Source: Spirochaetia bacterium (lineage in GTDB: Bacteria; Spirochaetota; Spirochaetia; UBA9216). From it: DNA of 64,000 nucleotides. The notes beneath the pieces were generated by a model. It was not told the DNA's origin, did not search any database, and worked only from the letters and a program-made list of their open reading frames with translations. Shown here in pieces: positions 19,753-28,988 of this stretch; the stretch's first letter is position 1; the number at the start of each line of letters is the position of its first letter. The translations under genes and the position numbers were made by a program. The DNA lies in assembly GCA_963675665.1 (NCBI GenBank), contig OY776510.1, positions 3,648,001-3,712,000 of the forward strand, written 5' to 3'.

Positions 19753-21057
19753 TCAGGGACACTGTATAAATCCCTGCTGCCAGAGACAGCCTCCGCAGGT
19801 CGGATGCGCATTACCGAAACAGTCTTCGTCATTCTTTTCAGAAAACTCACAGGAATTACATACGGTGCACGGCGAAAATTCCTCAAACTGCAATTTCTTC
19901 CTAAGTAAACGGTATTCTTCATTCATCCATATTTCCGACAGGCTTTCATTTTTAACATCGCCGAAATGGCACGAAATACTTTTACGCTGAGTATTCTCAA
20001 GAAAAGATTCGCTATCATAAAACAGGGGTGTACAGGGACTGACCTTTCCGTCCCAGCGGATTGAAAGACTTGCTTTTTTCATAAACGGACAGACGCCAAT
20101 TCTGTGATCCATTTCATTCCCTGCTATGGAATACCATCCTCCTGCAGCCGCAGCATTTTTTACTGCCAGGCCAATCTCATCAGATACATCCATCCTGGGA
20201 AACTCAATCCGCAGATCGCCTTTTCCCCAATTGTTTGATTCCAGCTTATACAGCCTTTCATCAACAAGATTTTCAGTGAAAGGAAGAACATTGCTGATTG
20301 ACAGTTTCCCGGCTTCTACCTTTCGGCAAATATTAATTATTTCAGGCAGGTCCTTAATATTACTTTTCATTGCAACAAATGCTATGCCTATTTGGGGTCC
20401 CTGCGCGAGGTTAAAAGCTTTTAACTTGCGTAAATTCCATACATTTTCAAGAATTTCCGGAAGCATATTGCCGAGACGCACGTCTTTATAACTTTCCGGG
20501 GTTGAACCGTCCAGCGACACCCATAAAAAGTCAAGCCCTGCATCTATAAGCCGTTCGGACATCTGCCTGGAAAGCAGTGTTCCGTTTGTTATAAGTTCAG
20601 TCCGCCAGCCTCTTTTCTTAACTTCCCTGATCATCTGCAGAATATCAGGATGCATCAGGGGCTCGCCCCATCCGCCGAAGAAAAAAGTAAACCGCTGCTT
20701 CAACTGTTCAGGCGTAAGATAATCAATAAGCAACTTTTCGTGATTTTCCTTAAGTTCATATATAAGTTTTTCCGTATCTTCAATAATCTTTTCAAATACG
20801 GAATATTCCATCATACCCGTCTTTTCCTGCCAGACATTTCTGACACATGTTTTACATTTGAGATTACATTTATTTGTTACTTCAATATAAATACGCTTCA
20901 ATATATCCGATGATTGCCTTATGAAAATGCCGTCTGAATATTCCCGGATGTCATATTCCCGGTTTTCACGGAATCCGTATTTTGCGGCTATATCTTCAGG
21001 CAGCGAAATCTTTACAGTTATTTTTTTTACTTCCGTATAATCAGTTCCGGAATTCAT
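19753..21057 (-). CDS. Radical SAM/SPASM protein, tungsten-cofactor oxidoreductase maturase-like
   Basis: CNLKCKTC (CX3CX2C), GGWGEPL and Cys-rich tail CTVCNSC...DCFGN..PTCGGCLW...IQCP. Confidence 0.85.
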   Translation of the reverse strand: MNSGTDYTEVKKITVKISLPEDIAAKYGFRENREYDIREYSDGIFIRQSSDILKRIYIEVTNKCNLKCKTCVRNVWQEKTGMMEYSVFEKIIEDTEKLIYELKENHEKLLIDYLTPEQLKQRFTFFFGGWGEPLMHPDILQMIREVKKRGWRTELITNGTLLSRQMSERLIDAGLDFLWVSLDGSTPESYKDVRLGNMLPEILENVWNLRKLKAFNLAQGPQIGIAFVAMKSNIKDLPEIINICRKVEAGKLSISNVLPFTENLVDERLYKLESNNWGKGDLRIEFPRMDVSDEIGLAVKNAAAAGGWYSIAGNEMDHRIGVCPFMKKASLSIRWDGKVSPCTPLFYDSESFLENTQRKSISCHFGDVKNESLSEIWMNEEYRLLRKKLQFEEFSPCTVCNSCEFSEKNDEDCFGNAHPTCGGCLWQQGFIQCP

Positions 21058-21149
21058 CAGAATCTCCCGTTATGTTATTATGTACTTACATGGTATATTC
21101 AGATTATAAAAAAAACAAGATATAGTTCGATTGGGCATTTATTTTAAAT

Positions 21150-21170
21150 AAAAAACCCGGCCTTGCCGGG
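21150..21170 (-). terminator. Terminator of the 71-aa gene
   Basis: CCCGGC-AAG-GCCGGG plus T-run on the minus strand. Confidence 0.8.
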
Positions 21171-21176
21171 CTTATC

Positions 21177-21392
21177 CTAGGCTGTCATCAGGTCTTGATC
21201 AGCGTCCAGCTTTATGAGATATCCGGTCCGCAGACAGGTTTCAAAGAGCTCTTTACTGAGAAAATCCTTAATCTCTTTTCGGTACTCATCATGCTCATTA
21301 ATGATAAGTACATCAAAACCGTCGTTCCTTTCACCAAGGATATTGAGATAATTATTAATCTCTTTGCTGCTTTTTATTCTGTACTGAACCAT
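21177..21392 (-). CDS. Hypothetical 71-aa protein
   Basis: SD AAGGAGG, own promoter and terminator; LFETCLRTGYL C-terminal motif. Confidence 0.85.
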   Translation of the reverse strand: MVQYRIKSSKEINNYLNILGERNDGFDVLIINEHDEYRKEIKDFLSKELFETCLRTGYLIKLDADQDLMTA

Positions 21393-21419
21393 ACAGCCCT
21401 CCTTAAGCCTATACTATAT

Positions 21420-21446
21420 AAATCGGTGTAAAAAAGACTTACCTTA
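21420..21446 (-). promoter_or_regulatory. Sigma-28-like promoter of the 71-aa gene
   Basis: TAAG(21446-21443)-N15-ACCGATTT(21427-21420). Confidence 0.65.
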
Positions 21447-21502
21447 GTTTTTTATCACTTTAACCTTTACTTGCATTATTACTTTTTATTATTATTTTAT
21501 AT

Positions 21503-21799
21503 ATGAGTGAGTTAAGAGTTGAAAATCTGATGAAAGAATATGATCTCGAGATAGATGATATCAGATGGTACAAATCATTTGTTACTGCGCAGGAACTTCT
21601 CAGCTATGAGGACAGTATTGAAGAACTGGTACAAATCATCTGGAGCGGAAATCTTGCAGGCAGCATTCATGATATGGAAGAAAAATATCTTCTTGAACTA
21701 CAGGACCGGATTGACCGGGGGCTGACAGACGAAACCGGCATCCGCGAAATCCTTGCGGATGCCTATGCTCTTAAAAATAAACGCAGATGGAACAGCTGA
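21503..21799 (+). CDS. Hypothetical protein
   Basis: 98-aa acidic ORF filling the intergenic space; DDIRWY motif. Confidence 0.75.
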   Translation: MSELRVENLMKEYDLEIDDIRWYKSFVTAQELLSYEDSIEELVQIIWSGNLAGSIHDMEEKYLLELQDRIDRGLTDETGIREILADAYALKNKRRWNS

Positions 21800-21815
21800 T
21801 CTCTCTTATGCTGTT

Positions 21816-23558
21816 TTAATCACCGCAGATTCTTTCAATATCAATGGAGATATTTTTTAACTTTTCCCTGACGATTTTTTCGGCCTGCTCCAATTCAATA
21901 TTTTTATCCGCCCTTGACGATGCATAGAATTTTATTTTCGGTTCAGTTCCGGACGGCCTTGCGGTCACAATCGTATCATCAGCAAGTACAAACTGCAGCA
22001 CATTTGATTCAGGCAAATTAATTTTTGATTCAACATTTGATTTTCTATCTGTTTGCCTGCGCATTTTGTAATCGCGTATCACACTAACATCTATTCCGCC
22101 TAACGTTTTTGGGGTGTTGTTTCTCAGACTGTTCATCAGCTCTTTGATTCTTTCAACTCCGGCCTGTCCCTTGTATGTTTTTGATATCATCTTTTCTTCG
22201 AAATAACCGAATCTTTCATATATATCGTCAAGATGCTCAAGGAGGCTCATACCCCGCTGCCTGTCATACAGGGCCATTTCAGCCGTAATAACAGCCGCGG
22301 AAACAGCGTCCTTGTCGCGGACTTCGGTTTCAACCAGATAGCCGTAACTTTCTTCTCCGCCGAAAACGTAGCTTTCGCCTGTTGATTCGAACTCCTTTAT
22401 TTTCTCTCCGATATATTTGAATCCGGTAAGAACATCATAAACTTCCGCACCGTAGCTCTCGGCTATCAGTCGCTGCAGCTCAGTCGTAACAATGGTCTTT
22501 ACCAGCCGGGGCTTTGAAGGCATTTTATTCTGTTCCTTTAATGCGGAAAAGATATAGTCTCCGAGCAGGCAGCCAAGCTGGTTTCCTGTGACAAGACGGA
22601 ACCTGCCTGACGGATCCGGAACGGCGATACCCAGCCGGTCCGCATCAGGATCGGTTCCCAGCACAAGATCAGCACCCGTGGTTTCACCCAGTTCCAGAGC
22701 AAGTTTCATTGCGGAGGCTTCTTCAGGATTCGGATAATCAACTGTCGGGAAATTTCCGTCCGGTTCACGCTGCTGCGGAACGGTGTTTACTTTAATACCG
22801 CATTCACCGAGAATCCGCTCAACCAGCATTGTCCCTGTGCCGTGCAATGGTGTGTATACAACCTTCAGGTCCTTTCCTTTTTCACGTAGAAGGACGGGAT
22901 TAAAAAAGTAGCTCTTAACCATATCAACATACTTGTCATCAATCACGGAATCAATATATTCGAAAAGCCCTGCATCCGTCGCATCTTTCTCCGAAATTGA
23001 CGGCCTGGGTGTTTCAACCTTTTTGACCAAATCAATAATACCTGTATCATGCGGCGGGGTTACCTGCCCGCCGTCGGACCAGTAAACCTTGTATCCGTTA
23101 TATTCAGGCGGATTGTGACTTGCCGTTACAACAATTCCTGATACCGCGCCCAGCTCCCTGACTGCATATGATAACTCCGGAGTCGGCCTGAGCGAACTGA
23201 AGACAAACGCTTTTATTCCGTTTGCACAGAGAGTCAGCGCAGCTTCTTTTGCAAACAAATCCGAAAAATTGCGTGAGTCATAAGCAATTACAACACTGCC
23301 GCCGCCGTTCTGACTGTTAATATAGTCTGCCAGGCCCTGTGTCGCTTTTCTGACTGTATACGGATTCATTCGGTTGTATCCGCCGCCGATAACGCCCCGC
23401 AATCCGCCTGTGCCGAAGCTCAGATCTGTATAAAATCTATCGTTCAGGTTTTCAAAATCCTCAGAATCGATTACTTTCTGAAGTTCATTTCTGAAATATT
23501 CGTTTTGTTCGAGTTTCAGATATTCACTCGCTTTTTCCAATATCATTTCTTTATTCAT
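21816..23558 (-). CDS. pgm: Phosphoglucomutase/phosphomannomutase
   Basis: FGTGGLRG, VTASHNP, DPDADR, GGEESYG and RPSGTEPKIK motifs; SD GGAGG before ATG 23558. Confidence 0.95.
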   Translation of the reverse strand: MNKEMILEKASEYLKLEQNEYFRNELQKVIDSEDFENLNDRFYTDLSFGTGGLRGVIGGGYNRMNPYTVRKATQGLADYINSQNGGGSVVIAYDSRNFSDLFAKEAALTLCANGIKAFVFSSLRPTPELSYAVRELGAVSGIVVTASHNPPEYNGYKVYWSDGGQVTPPHDTGIIDLVKKVETPRPSISEKDATDAGLFEYIDSVIDDKYVDMVKSYFFNPVLLREKGKDLKVVYTPLHGTGTMLVERILGECGIKVNTVPQQREPDGNFPTVDYPNPEEASAMKLALELGETTGADLVLGTDPDADRLGIAVPDPSGRFRLVTGNQLGCLLGDYIFSALKEQNKMPSKPRLVKTIVTTELQRLIAESYGAEVYDVLTGFKYIGEKIKEFESTGESYVFGGEESYGYLVETEVRDKDAVSAAVITAEMALYDRQRGMSLLEHLDDIYERFGYFEEKMISKTYKGQAGVERIKELMNSLRNNTPKTLGGIDVSVIRDYKMRRQTDRKSNVESKINLPESNVLQFVLADDTIVTARPSGTEPKIKFYASSRADKNIELEQAEKIVREKLKNISIDIERICGD

Positions 23559-23668
23559 ATTCCCTCCTGCCGGATAATCTGTATTATGAAAAAGCAGATT
23601 CCTACTTATCATAAGCTGATAAGGGTTTTTTGAGATTCCCATATATGATAACATAGTTTACTGGAACT

Positions 23669-24068
23669 ATGAAACAATTGAAAATTCTTTTTATTGAACC
23701 GTTTTACGGCGGCTCGCACAAGGATTTCGCCGATGGTCCCCTGTAATACACAGTGCACATTATTTTGATCTTTATACTCTATTCAGGAAGATTTCGGCAT
23801 TTCAATTGTTGAAGCAATCAGGTACGGCTGCATACCTCTTTTTCCCGACAGATTAAATTATCCGGAACTTATACCCGAAAAAAATGCATCATTTTCAATT
23901 TACAGGAATGATAAAGAGCTTGTAGAGAAACTGACGGAAATTCTATTAATTTGTTATGAAAATAATATTGAGAATAATATTAATAATCTGGCCGAGCTTT
24001 TTAACGGTTTCAGCTGGCAGATACCGCATAAAGAGTACGATGACTTTTTTTCCGGCATAATAACGTAA
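23669..24068 (+). pseudogene. Degraded DUF3524/GTDC1-like GT-B glycosyltransferase
   Basis: N-terminus MKQLKILFIEPFYGGSHKDFADG, then a frameshift; HSAHYFDLYTL is joined directly to the C-terminal IQEDFGISIVEAIRYGCIPLFPDRLNYPELIP...FSW; middle is missing. Confidence 0.8.
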
Positions 24069-24166
24069 TTTACGTTCCATATTTTATTTCTTAATAAAAT
24101 TTAACTAATTTTATTATGCTATATTTTACTTAATTATCTTTTTTATCCCAAATTACAAACTTTTAC

Positions 24167-24240
24167 TTTACAGATGAAAATTTTTGTTTTATACTTTCTT
24201 TCAGTGAGAACGTTCTCAGTGAGAACGTTCTCACTGAAAG
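24167..24240 (+). promoter_or_regulatory. Sigma-70 promoter plus tandem LacI-type operator
   Basis: TTTACA(24167-72)-N17-TATACT(24190-95); two TGAGAACGTTCTCA palindromes (24205-18, 24220-33) inside a 43-bp inverted repeat (24198-24240). Confidence 0.88.
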
Positions 24241-24249
24241 GATTATTAC

Positions 24250-25272
24250 GTGCCGACAATACTTGATGTAGAAAAAGAATCAGGAGTCTCAAAATCAACA
24301 ATATCCCGCTTTCTCAACGGCAAAACTGTAACCGAACAAAACAGGGTAAAAATTGAAAAGGCAATTGAAAAACTTAACTATAAAATGAATCCAATTGCCA
24401 GCGGGTTAAAATCCAGTAAAACTTTTTCAGTCGGTGTAGTTCTTCCAGATATTACTGATTCATTCTTTCCGCCTATTATCAAGGAGTTTGAGAGAAATAT
24501 GACTGAAAACGGTTATAACGTTATTCTTTCCGACTACGGCAATGATCCGCAGAAAGAAATCAGACAACTAGAACTTCTTTCCAACAAAAAAATAGACGGC
24601 GCAATAATAGCAACGTCCAATTCCTCAGGAAAACATATTCAGACCTGTATAGACGCTGGATTGCCGGTTATTTTACTTGACCGCCTTCTTCCGGATATAA
24701 AATGCGACAGCATTACAGTTGATAATTTCAATGCAGTTTATGATGCTGTCGGCAGATGCATTAAACTGGGTCATTCAAATATAGGCGCTGTTTACGGTCA
24801 GTATTATACAGACAACGAACGGATTAACGGTCTCAGAAAAGCTATGCTGGACCACGGGATTAAACCGGAGGAAAATAAACTTCTGAAAATCAATGTACAG
24901 GAGGACTCGCCCGAAGAAAACCTGGGCAGGCTTCTTGACATGAGAGACAGCCCCTCCCTGATTTTCTGTTCAAATGTATATATCGGCATAGGTGCGCTCA
25001 AAGTAAGGCTGCGCCGTAATCTTCGTATTCCGCAGGACGTTTCGGTTCTTGTATTTGATGATATAGCGACTTTTCCGAACCATGATTATGTTTCATTTAT
25101 AAAACCGGAGTTCTCAAATATTTCCCAGCCACTTTCAGAAATCGGGAAATATGCTGCCAAGCTGCTTCTTGAACGAATTAAGACACCATGGGACAGCTAT
25201 GAGGCTGTAAATATTGAGCTTAAAACCAGATGCAATATTACGGCATCTGTTGCAAAGTTAATTAAGACTTAG
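24250..25272 (+). CDS. LacI-family transcriptional regulator
   Basis: TILDVEKESGVSKSTISRFLNG HTH, YKMNPIASGL hinge, sugar-binding domain. Confidence 0.95.
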   Translation: MPTILDVEKESGVSKSTISRFLNGKTVTEQNRVKIEKAIEKLNYKMNPIASGLKSSKTFSVGVVLPDITDSFFPPIIKEFERNMTENGYNVILSDYGNDPQKEIRQLELLSNKKIDGAIIATSNSSGKHIQTCIDAGLPVILLDRLLPDIKCDSITVDNFNAVYDAVGRCIKLGHSNIGAVYGQYYTDNERINGLRKAMLDHGIKPEENKLLKINVQEDSPEENLGRLLDMRDSPSLIFCSNVYIGIGALKVRLRRNLRIPQDVSVLVFDDIATFPNHDYVSFIKPEFSNISQPLSEIGKYAAKLLLERIKTPWDSYEAVNIELKTRCNITASVAKLIKT

Positions 25273-25352
25273 GAAATTCTGGATTAATTTTTTTGATTTC
25301 CAAAGTCTTTTTGGTTTCAGTTTGAAACCTATAAAAAAATAAGGAGTAAAAC

Positions 25353-26300
25353 ATGAAAAAGATTATCTTGATTGTAGTCATTCTGGCTATGATGGTAATT
25401 CCTGTATTCGCAGGCGGAAAACAGGAAGAGGCTGCTGCTTCCAGCGGGAAAACCGAAATTGCCCTTATCATTAAGGCAACTGATTCCGGTTTCTGGCAGA
25501 AAGTTATCGAAGGCGGTGAAGCATTCGATGCTGATAATGCTGGAGTTAATGTAACAGTATACGGTCCGGCATCAGAAGCGGACATCGAAGAGGCAATCGG
25601 TATACTTGAAAATGTAGTTGAAAGCAGACCGGATGCTATTGTTATTGCCACAAACGCAGGCGAAGGCGCTGTACCGGCAGTTGACAATGCTCTCAGTCAG
25701 GGTATTCCGGTTATTACCGTTGACACCAAGATTCCTACTGATGTAACAAGCCATCTGGCAACTGACAACGTCCTCGGCGGAAAACTTGCTGCAGAAGCAA
25801 TGGTTGAATTCTTTAAGGAATACAACATAGAAATGAAAGGAACAGTTGCAATCGTAGCTGCAGTTGCAGGAGTTGATACAATTATTGAAAGAGACGGCGG
25901 TTTTATTGAAAAACTTTCCGAACTTGCTCCCGGAATAACAATACTTGATCCCAGATATGTTGATAATGATATTGCCAAATCCATGACAACAGCTGAAGAC
26001 CTCATTACTACATATGACGATCTTATCGGCATCTATGCCGACAACAACCACACCGGAGACGGCGTTGCAAAAGCAATCGAACAGGCAGAACTTCAGGACA
26101 AGGTTATGGTTGTCGCATTTGATGATGATGAAGATGAAATCATTGCCCTTCGTGAAGGAATAATCAAAACTCTTATTATCCAGGACCAGTACAACATGGG
26201 TTATTCAGGTTGTGCCTATGCTGTAAAGGCACTAAACGGCGAAACCCTTCCGAAATTTGTTGATACAGGTGTAAAGGTTACAAAAAAGGAAGATCTATAA
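25353..26300 (+). CDS. Monosaccharide ABC transporter substrate-binding protein (RbsB-like)
   Basis: Spirochete-type signal FAGGKQE; GIPVITVD, ATDN and QDQYNMGY motifs. Confidence 0.92.
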   Translation: MKKIILIVVILAMMVIPVFAGGKQEEAAASSGKTEIALIIKATDSGFWQKVIEGGEAFDADNAGVNVTVYGPASEADIEEAIGILENVVESRPDAIVIATNAGEGAVPAVDNALSQGIPVITVDTKIPTDVTSHLATDNVLGGKLAAEAMVEFFKEYNIEMKGTVAIVAAVAGVDTIIERDGGFIEKLSELAPGITILDPRYVDNDIAKSMTTAEDLITTYDDLIGIYADNNHTGDGVAKAIEQAELQDKVMVVAFDDDEDEIIALREGIIKTLIIQDQYNMGYSGCAYAVKALNGETLPKFVDTGVKVTKKEDL

Positions 26301-26310
26301 TAAAATGATA

Positions 26311-26360
26311 ACCGCGCAGGATAGCGTGGTTTAACCGCGCCTTCTTCCGGCGCGGTTTTC
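26311..26360 (+). terminator. Intra-operon stem-loops after the binding-protein gene
   Basis: ACCGCGC..GCGTGGT and AACCGCGCC-TTCTTCC-GGCGCGGTT followed by Ts. Confidence 0.65.
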
Positions 26361-26385
26361 TGTTATTAATTGAAAGGAGCATTTT

Positions 26386-27882
26386 TTGAAGCAGAACTTC
26401 GATGAAATAATCCGGATGGAAAATATCAGCAAGGAATTTCCGGGTGTCAAGGCATTGACGGATGTAAACCTGAGTATCAGGTCCGGGGAAGTCCATGCTC
26501 TTGTAGGCGAAAACGGAGCAGGAAAATCTACCCTGATAAAAATTCTGATGGGGGTTCATCAGAAAAACGCCGGAAATATCTACATCAACAATAAAAAGAT
26601 TGAAATAAAGAATCCTATAGATGCTCAAAAATACGGTTTGAGCGCAGTATATCAGGATGTAACCATTGCACGCCATCTTACAGTTGCTGAAAACTTTTTC
26701 CTCGGCAAACCGCCTGTCAACAAGGCTGGATTTGTCAGCTGGAAAAGGATGATATCACAAACCCAGAAAGTCCTTGATGAGCTTAACCTTGAGATTGACG
26801 CAAAAAAAACAGTCAGGCAGCTTTCCGTGGCACAGCAGGAAATGGTTATAATAGCAAAAAAATATTTTGAACACAGCAAGGTAATAATTTTTGACGAACC
26901 GACTGCCCTGCTGGCGAATGAAGAGGTTGAAGAGTTATTCAGCATAATCCGCAGACTGAAAAGTGAAGGTGTTGCATGTATCTATATATCACACAGACTG
27001 GAAGAAATTTTCGAATTATGCGACACAGTTTCGGTAATGAAAGACGGCTTTCTGATTGCGTCAATGCCGGTTTCTGAAATTGATGAAGATGATCTTATCT
27101 CAAAAATGGTGGGACGTACAATCGAAGACATGTACAGTATCAACCATTTCAAACCTGCCGAAGAAGCGCTCAGAGTCGAAGGTCTTTCCCGATCCGGCGC
27201 GTTTGAAAATATAAATTTCAGTATACATAAGGGCGAAGTTTTCGGAATATTCGGTCTCGTAGGTTCCGGCAGAACCGAAATAGTCAGGGCAATATACGGA
27301 GCAGATTCTTTTGATTCAGGGAACATATATCTGAACAATGAAAAGGCGGTAATATCCAGTCCTGCCAGTGCTATCAGACAAGGTTTAGGTTTTCTTCCGG
27401 AAGATCGCAAATATGAAGGTCTTACAATTGATACTTCAGTTGAAAACAATATTAACATGGCGTCTTATGGAGATATTTCCAAATTCGGTTTTATAAATCT
27501 TAAAAAAGAAAAAGAACGATCTTTCAGGCAGATCGATAATATGAGAATAAAAACGCCAAGCGAAAAACAGAAAGTGATAAACCTCAGCGGCGGAAATCAG
27601 CAGAAAGTCGTTATCGGGAAATGGCTGTGCTGCAACAGCAATATTTTTATTTTTGATGAACCGACTGTCGGTATTGATGTCGGTGCAAAATCCGAAATCT
27701 ACAGACTGCTCGAAAACCTGCTTTCCGAAGGCAATGCAGTTATTATGATTTCATCATATCTTCCTGAAATAATCGGGATTGCAGATCGTATTATGGTTAT
27801 TCATGAAGGAAAGCAGACCGGAATTGTTGAACGCGGCAATTACAGTGAAGAAAAACTACTTAAACTGGCTTCCGGTTTATAA
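26386..27882 (+). CDS. Sugar ABC transporter ATPase (RbsA-like, two NBDs)
   Basis: GENGAGKST, DEPT and LSGGNQQKV motifs. Confidence 0.95.
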   Translation: MKQNFDEIIRMENISKEFPGVKALTDVNLSIRSGEVHALVGENGAGKSTLIKILMGVHQKNAGNIYINNKKIEIKNPIDAQKYGLSAVYQDVTIARHLTVAENFFLGKPPVNKAGFVSWKRMISQTQKVLDELNLEIDAKKTVRQLSVAQQEMVIIAKKYFEHSKVIIFDEPTALLANEEVEELFSIIRRLKSEGVACIYISHRLEEIFELCDTVSVMKDGFLIASMPVSEIDEDDLISKMVGRTIEDMYSINHFKPAEEALRVEGLSRSGAFENINFSIHKGEVFGIFGLVGSGRTEIVRAIYGADSFDSGNIYLNNEKAVISSPASAIRQGLGFLPEDRKYEGLTIDTSVENNINMASYGDISKFGFINLKKEKERSFRQIDNMRIKTPSEKQKVINLSGGNQQKVVIGKWLCCNSNIFIFDEPTVGIDVGAKSEIYRLLENLLSEGNAVIMISSYLPEIIGIADRIMVIHEGKQTGIVERGNYSEEKLLKLASGL

Positions 27883-27900
27883 ATTTAAGGAGTAAAATTA

Positions 27901-28845
27901 ATGTTGAAGAAGTTAAAGGAATCTCAATTTCCCGAGAGAAACCTGATTATAATACTTGCGCTTCTGATAATTATCCTCAGCATCGCATCCAACAGGTTTC
28001 TTTCATACAACAATATAATGAACCTGCTGAGACAGACATCGATCATCGGAGTCATAGCAATCGGAATGACCTTTGTCATTATTTCCGCCGGAATTGATCT
28101 TTCAGTAGGATCGGTTCTTGCGTTCAGCAGTATTCTTCTTGCAATGATGATGAAAGCCGGCCTGCCGATTCCGCTGTCAATACTGCTTGCCCTTCTGGCT
28201 GGTACATCGCTCGGTATTTTAATGGGAATCCTAATACACAACGGAAGCGTTCCTGCATTTATTGCAACTCTCGGCGGCATGACCATGGTTCGTGGCGCTG
28301 TAATGCTGATTTCCGGGGCAAGAAAAATATCGGGACTTCCACGTGAATTTACACATTTTGCCGTTGAAAAATTTCTTGGAATACCCGGCATGGTCTGGGT
28401 ATGGTTTCTTATTATTATTGTTGGGCTTGTAGTTGCCCGTTATACGGTATTCGGTCGCAACGTATATGCCATCGGTTCAAACGAAGAAGCCGCCAGACTT
28501 TCCGGAATCAGAATAGGGAAAAACATGTACGGAATATATGCCTTCTGTGCTTTTACTTCATCAGTTGCGGGCATCCTTATGACTGCGCGCCTCGGTAACG
28601 GCGTTCCCACATCCGGTACAGGTTATGAACTCGATGTTATTGCTGCCGTAGTTGTCGGAGGCGCCTCGCTGAGCGGCGCTGTCGGTTCAATTCTCGGCAC
28701 AGTACTCGGAACAATAATTATTGCGACAATTCGCAACGGCGGGAATCTTCTTGGAATAAATCCATTTATACTCGATATTCTTGTCGGCGGCTTGATAGTA
28801 TTTGCCGTTCTTTTTGATCAGATGAGCAAAAAGAAAAACCGTTAA
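27901..28845 (+). CDS. Sugar ABC transporter permease (RbsC-like)
   Basis: GIDLSVGS, GSNEEAARLSGI and YELDVIAAVVVGG motifs. Confidence 0.95.
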   Translation: MLKKLKESQFPERNLIIILALLIIILSIASNRFLSYNNIMNLLRQTSIIGVIAIGMTFVIISAGIDLSVGSVLAFSSILLAMMMKAGLPIPLSILLALLAGTSLGILMGILIHNGSVPAFIATLGGMTMVRGAVMLISGARKISGLPREFTHFAVEKFLGIPGMVWVWFLIIIVGLVVARYTVFGRNVYAIGSNEEAARLSGIRIGKNMYGIYAFCAFTSSVAGILMTARLGNGVPTSGTGYELDVIAAVVVGGASLSGAVGSILGTVLGTIIIATIRNGGNLLGINPFILDILVGGLIVFAVLFDQMSKKKNR

Positions 28846-28871
28846 ATCAGTAAATTCTCCTTTTCATAATT

Positions 28872-28898
28872 CTCCCGCCTTTCGGCGGGAGTTATTTT
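28872..28898 (+). terminator. Terminator of the sugar ABC operon
   Basis: CTCCCGCC-TTTC-GGCGGGAG-TTATTTT. Confidence 0.85.
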
Positions 28899-28988
28899 AC
28901 ATTATTTTTATAATTAACCCTTGATTAAATACCGATTCATAAGTAAATTTTTTTTTAATAAAAATCCAAAACAAACAAGAGGCTGAGA

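Noticed and set aside
19587-21057. tRNA-Gly as integration site for the radical SAM gene
   Set aside because: The rSAM gene is on the tRNA 5' side; no duplicated tRNA 3' end or integrase was seen
24198-24240. Possible mini-CRISPR or MITE
   Set aside because: Only two abutting 14-bp palindromes, no spacers, cas genes or TSD; position and central CG fit a LacI operator
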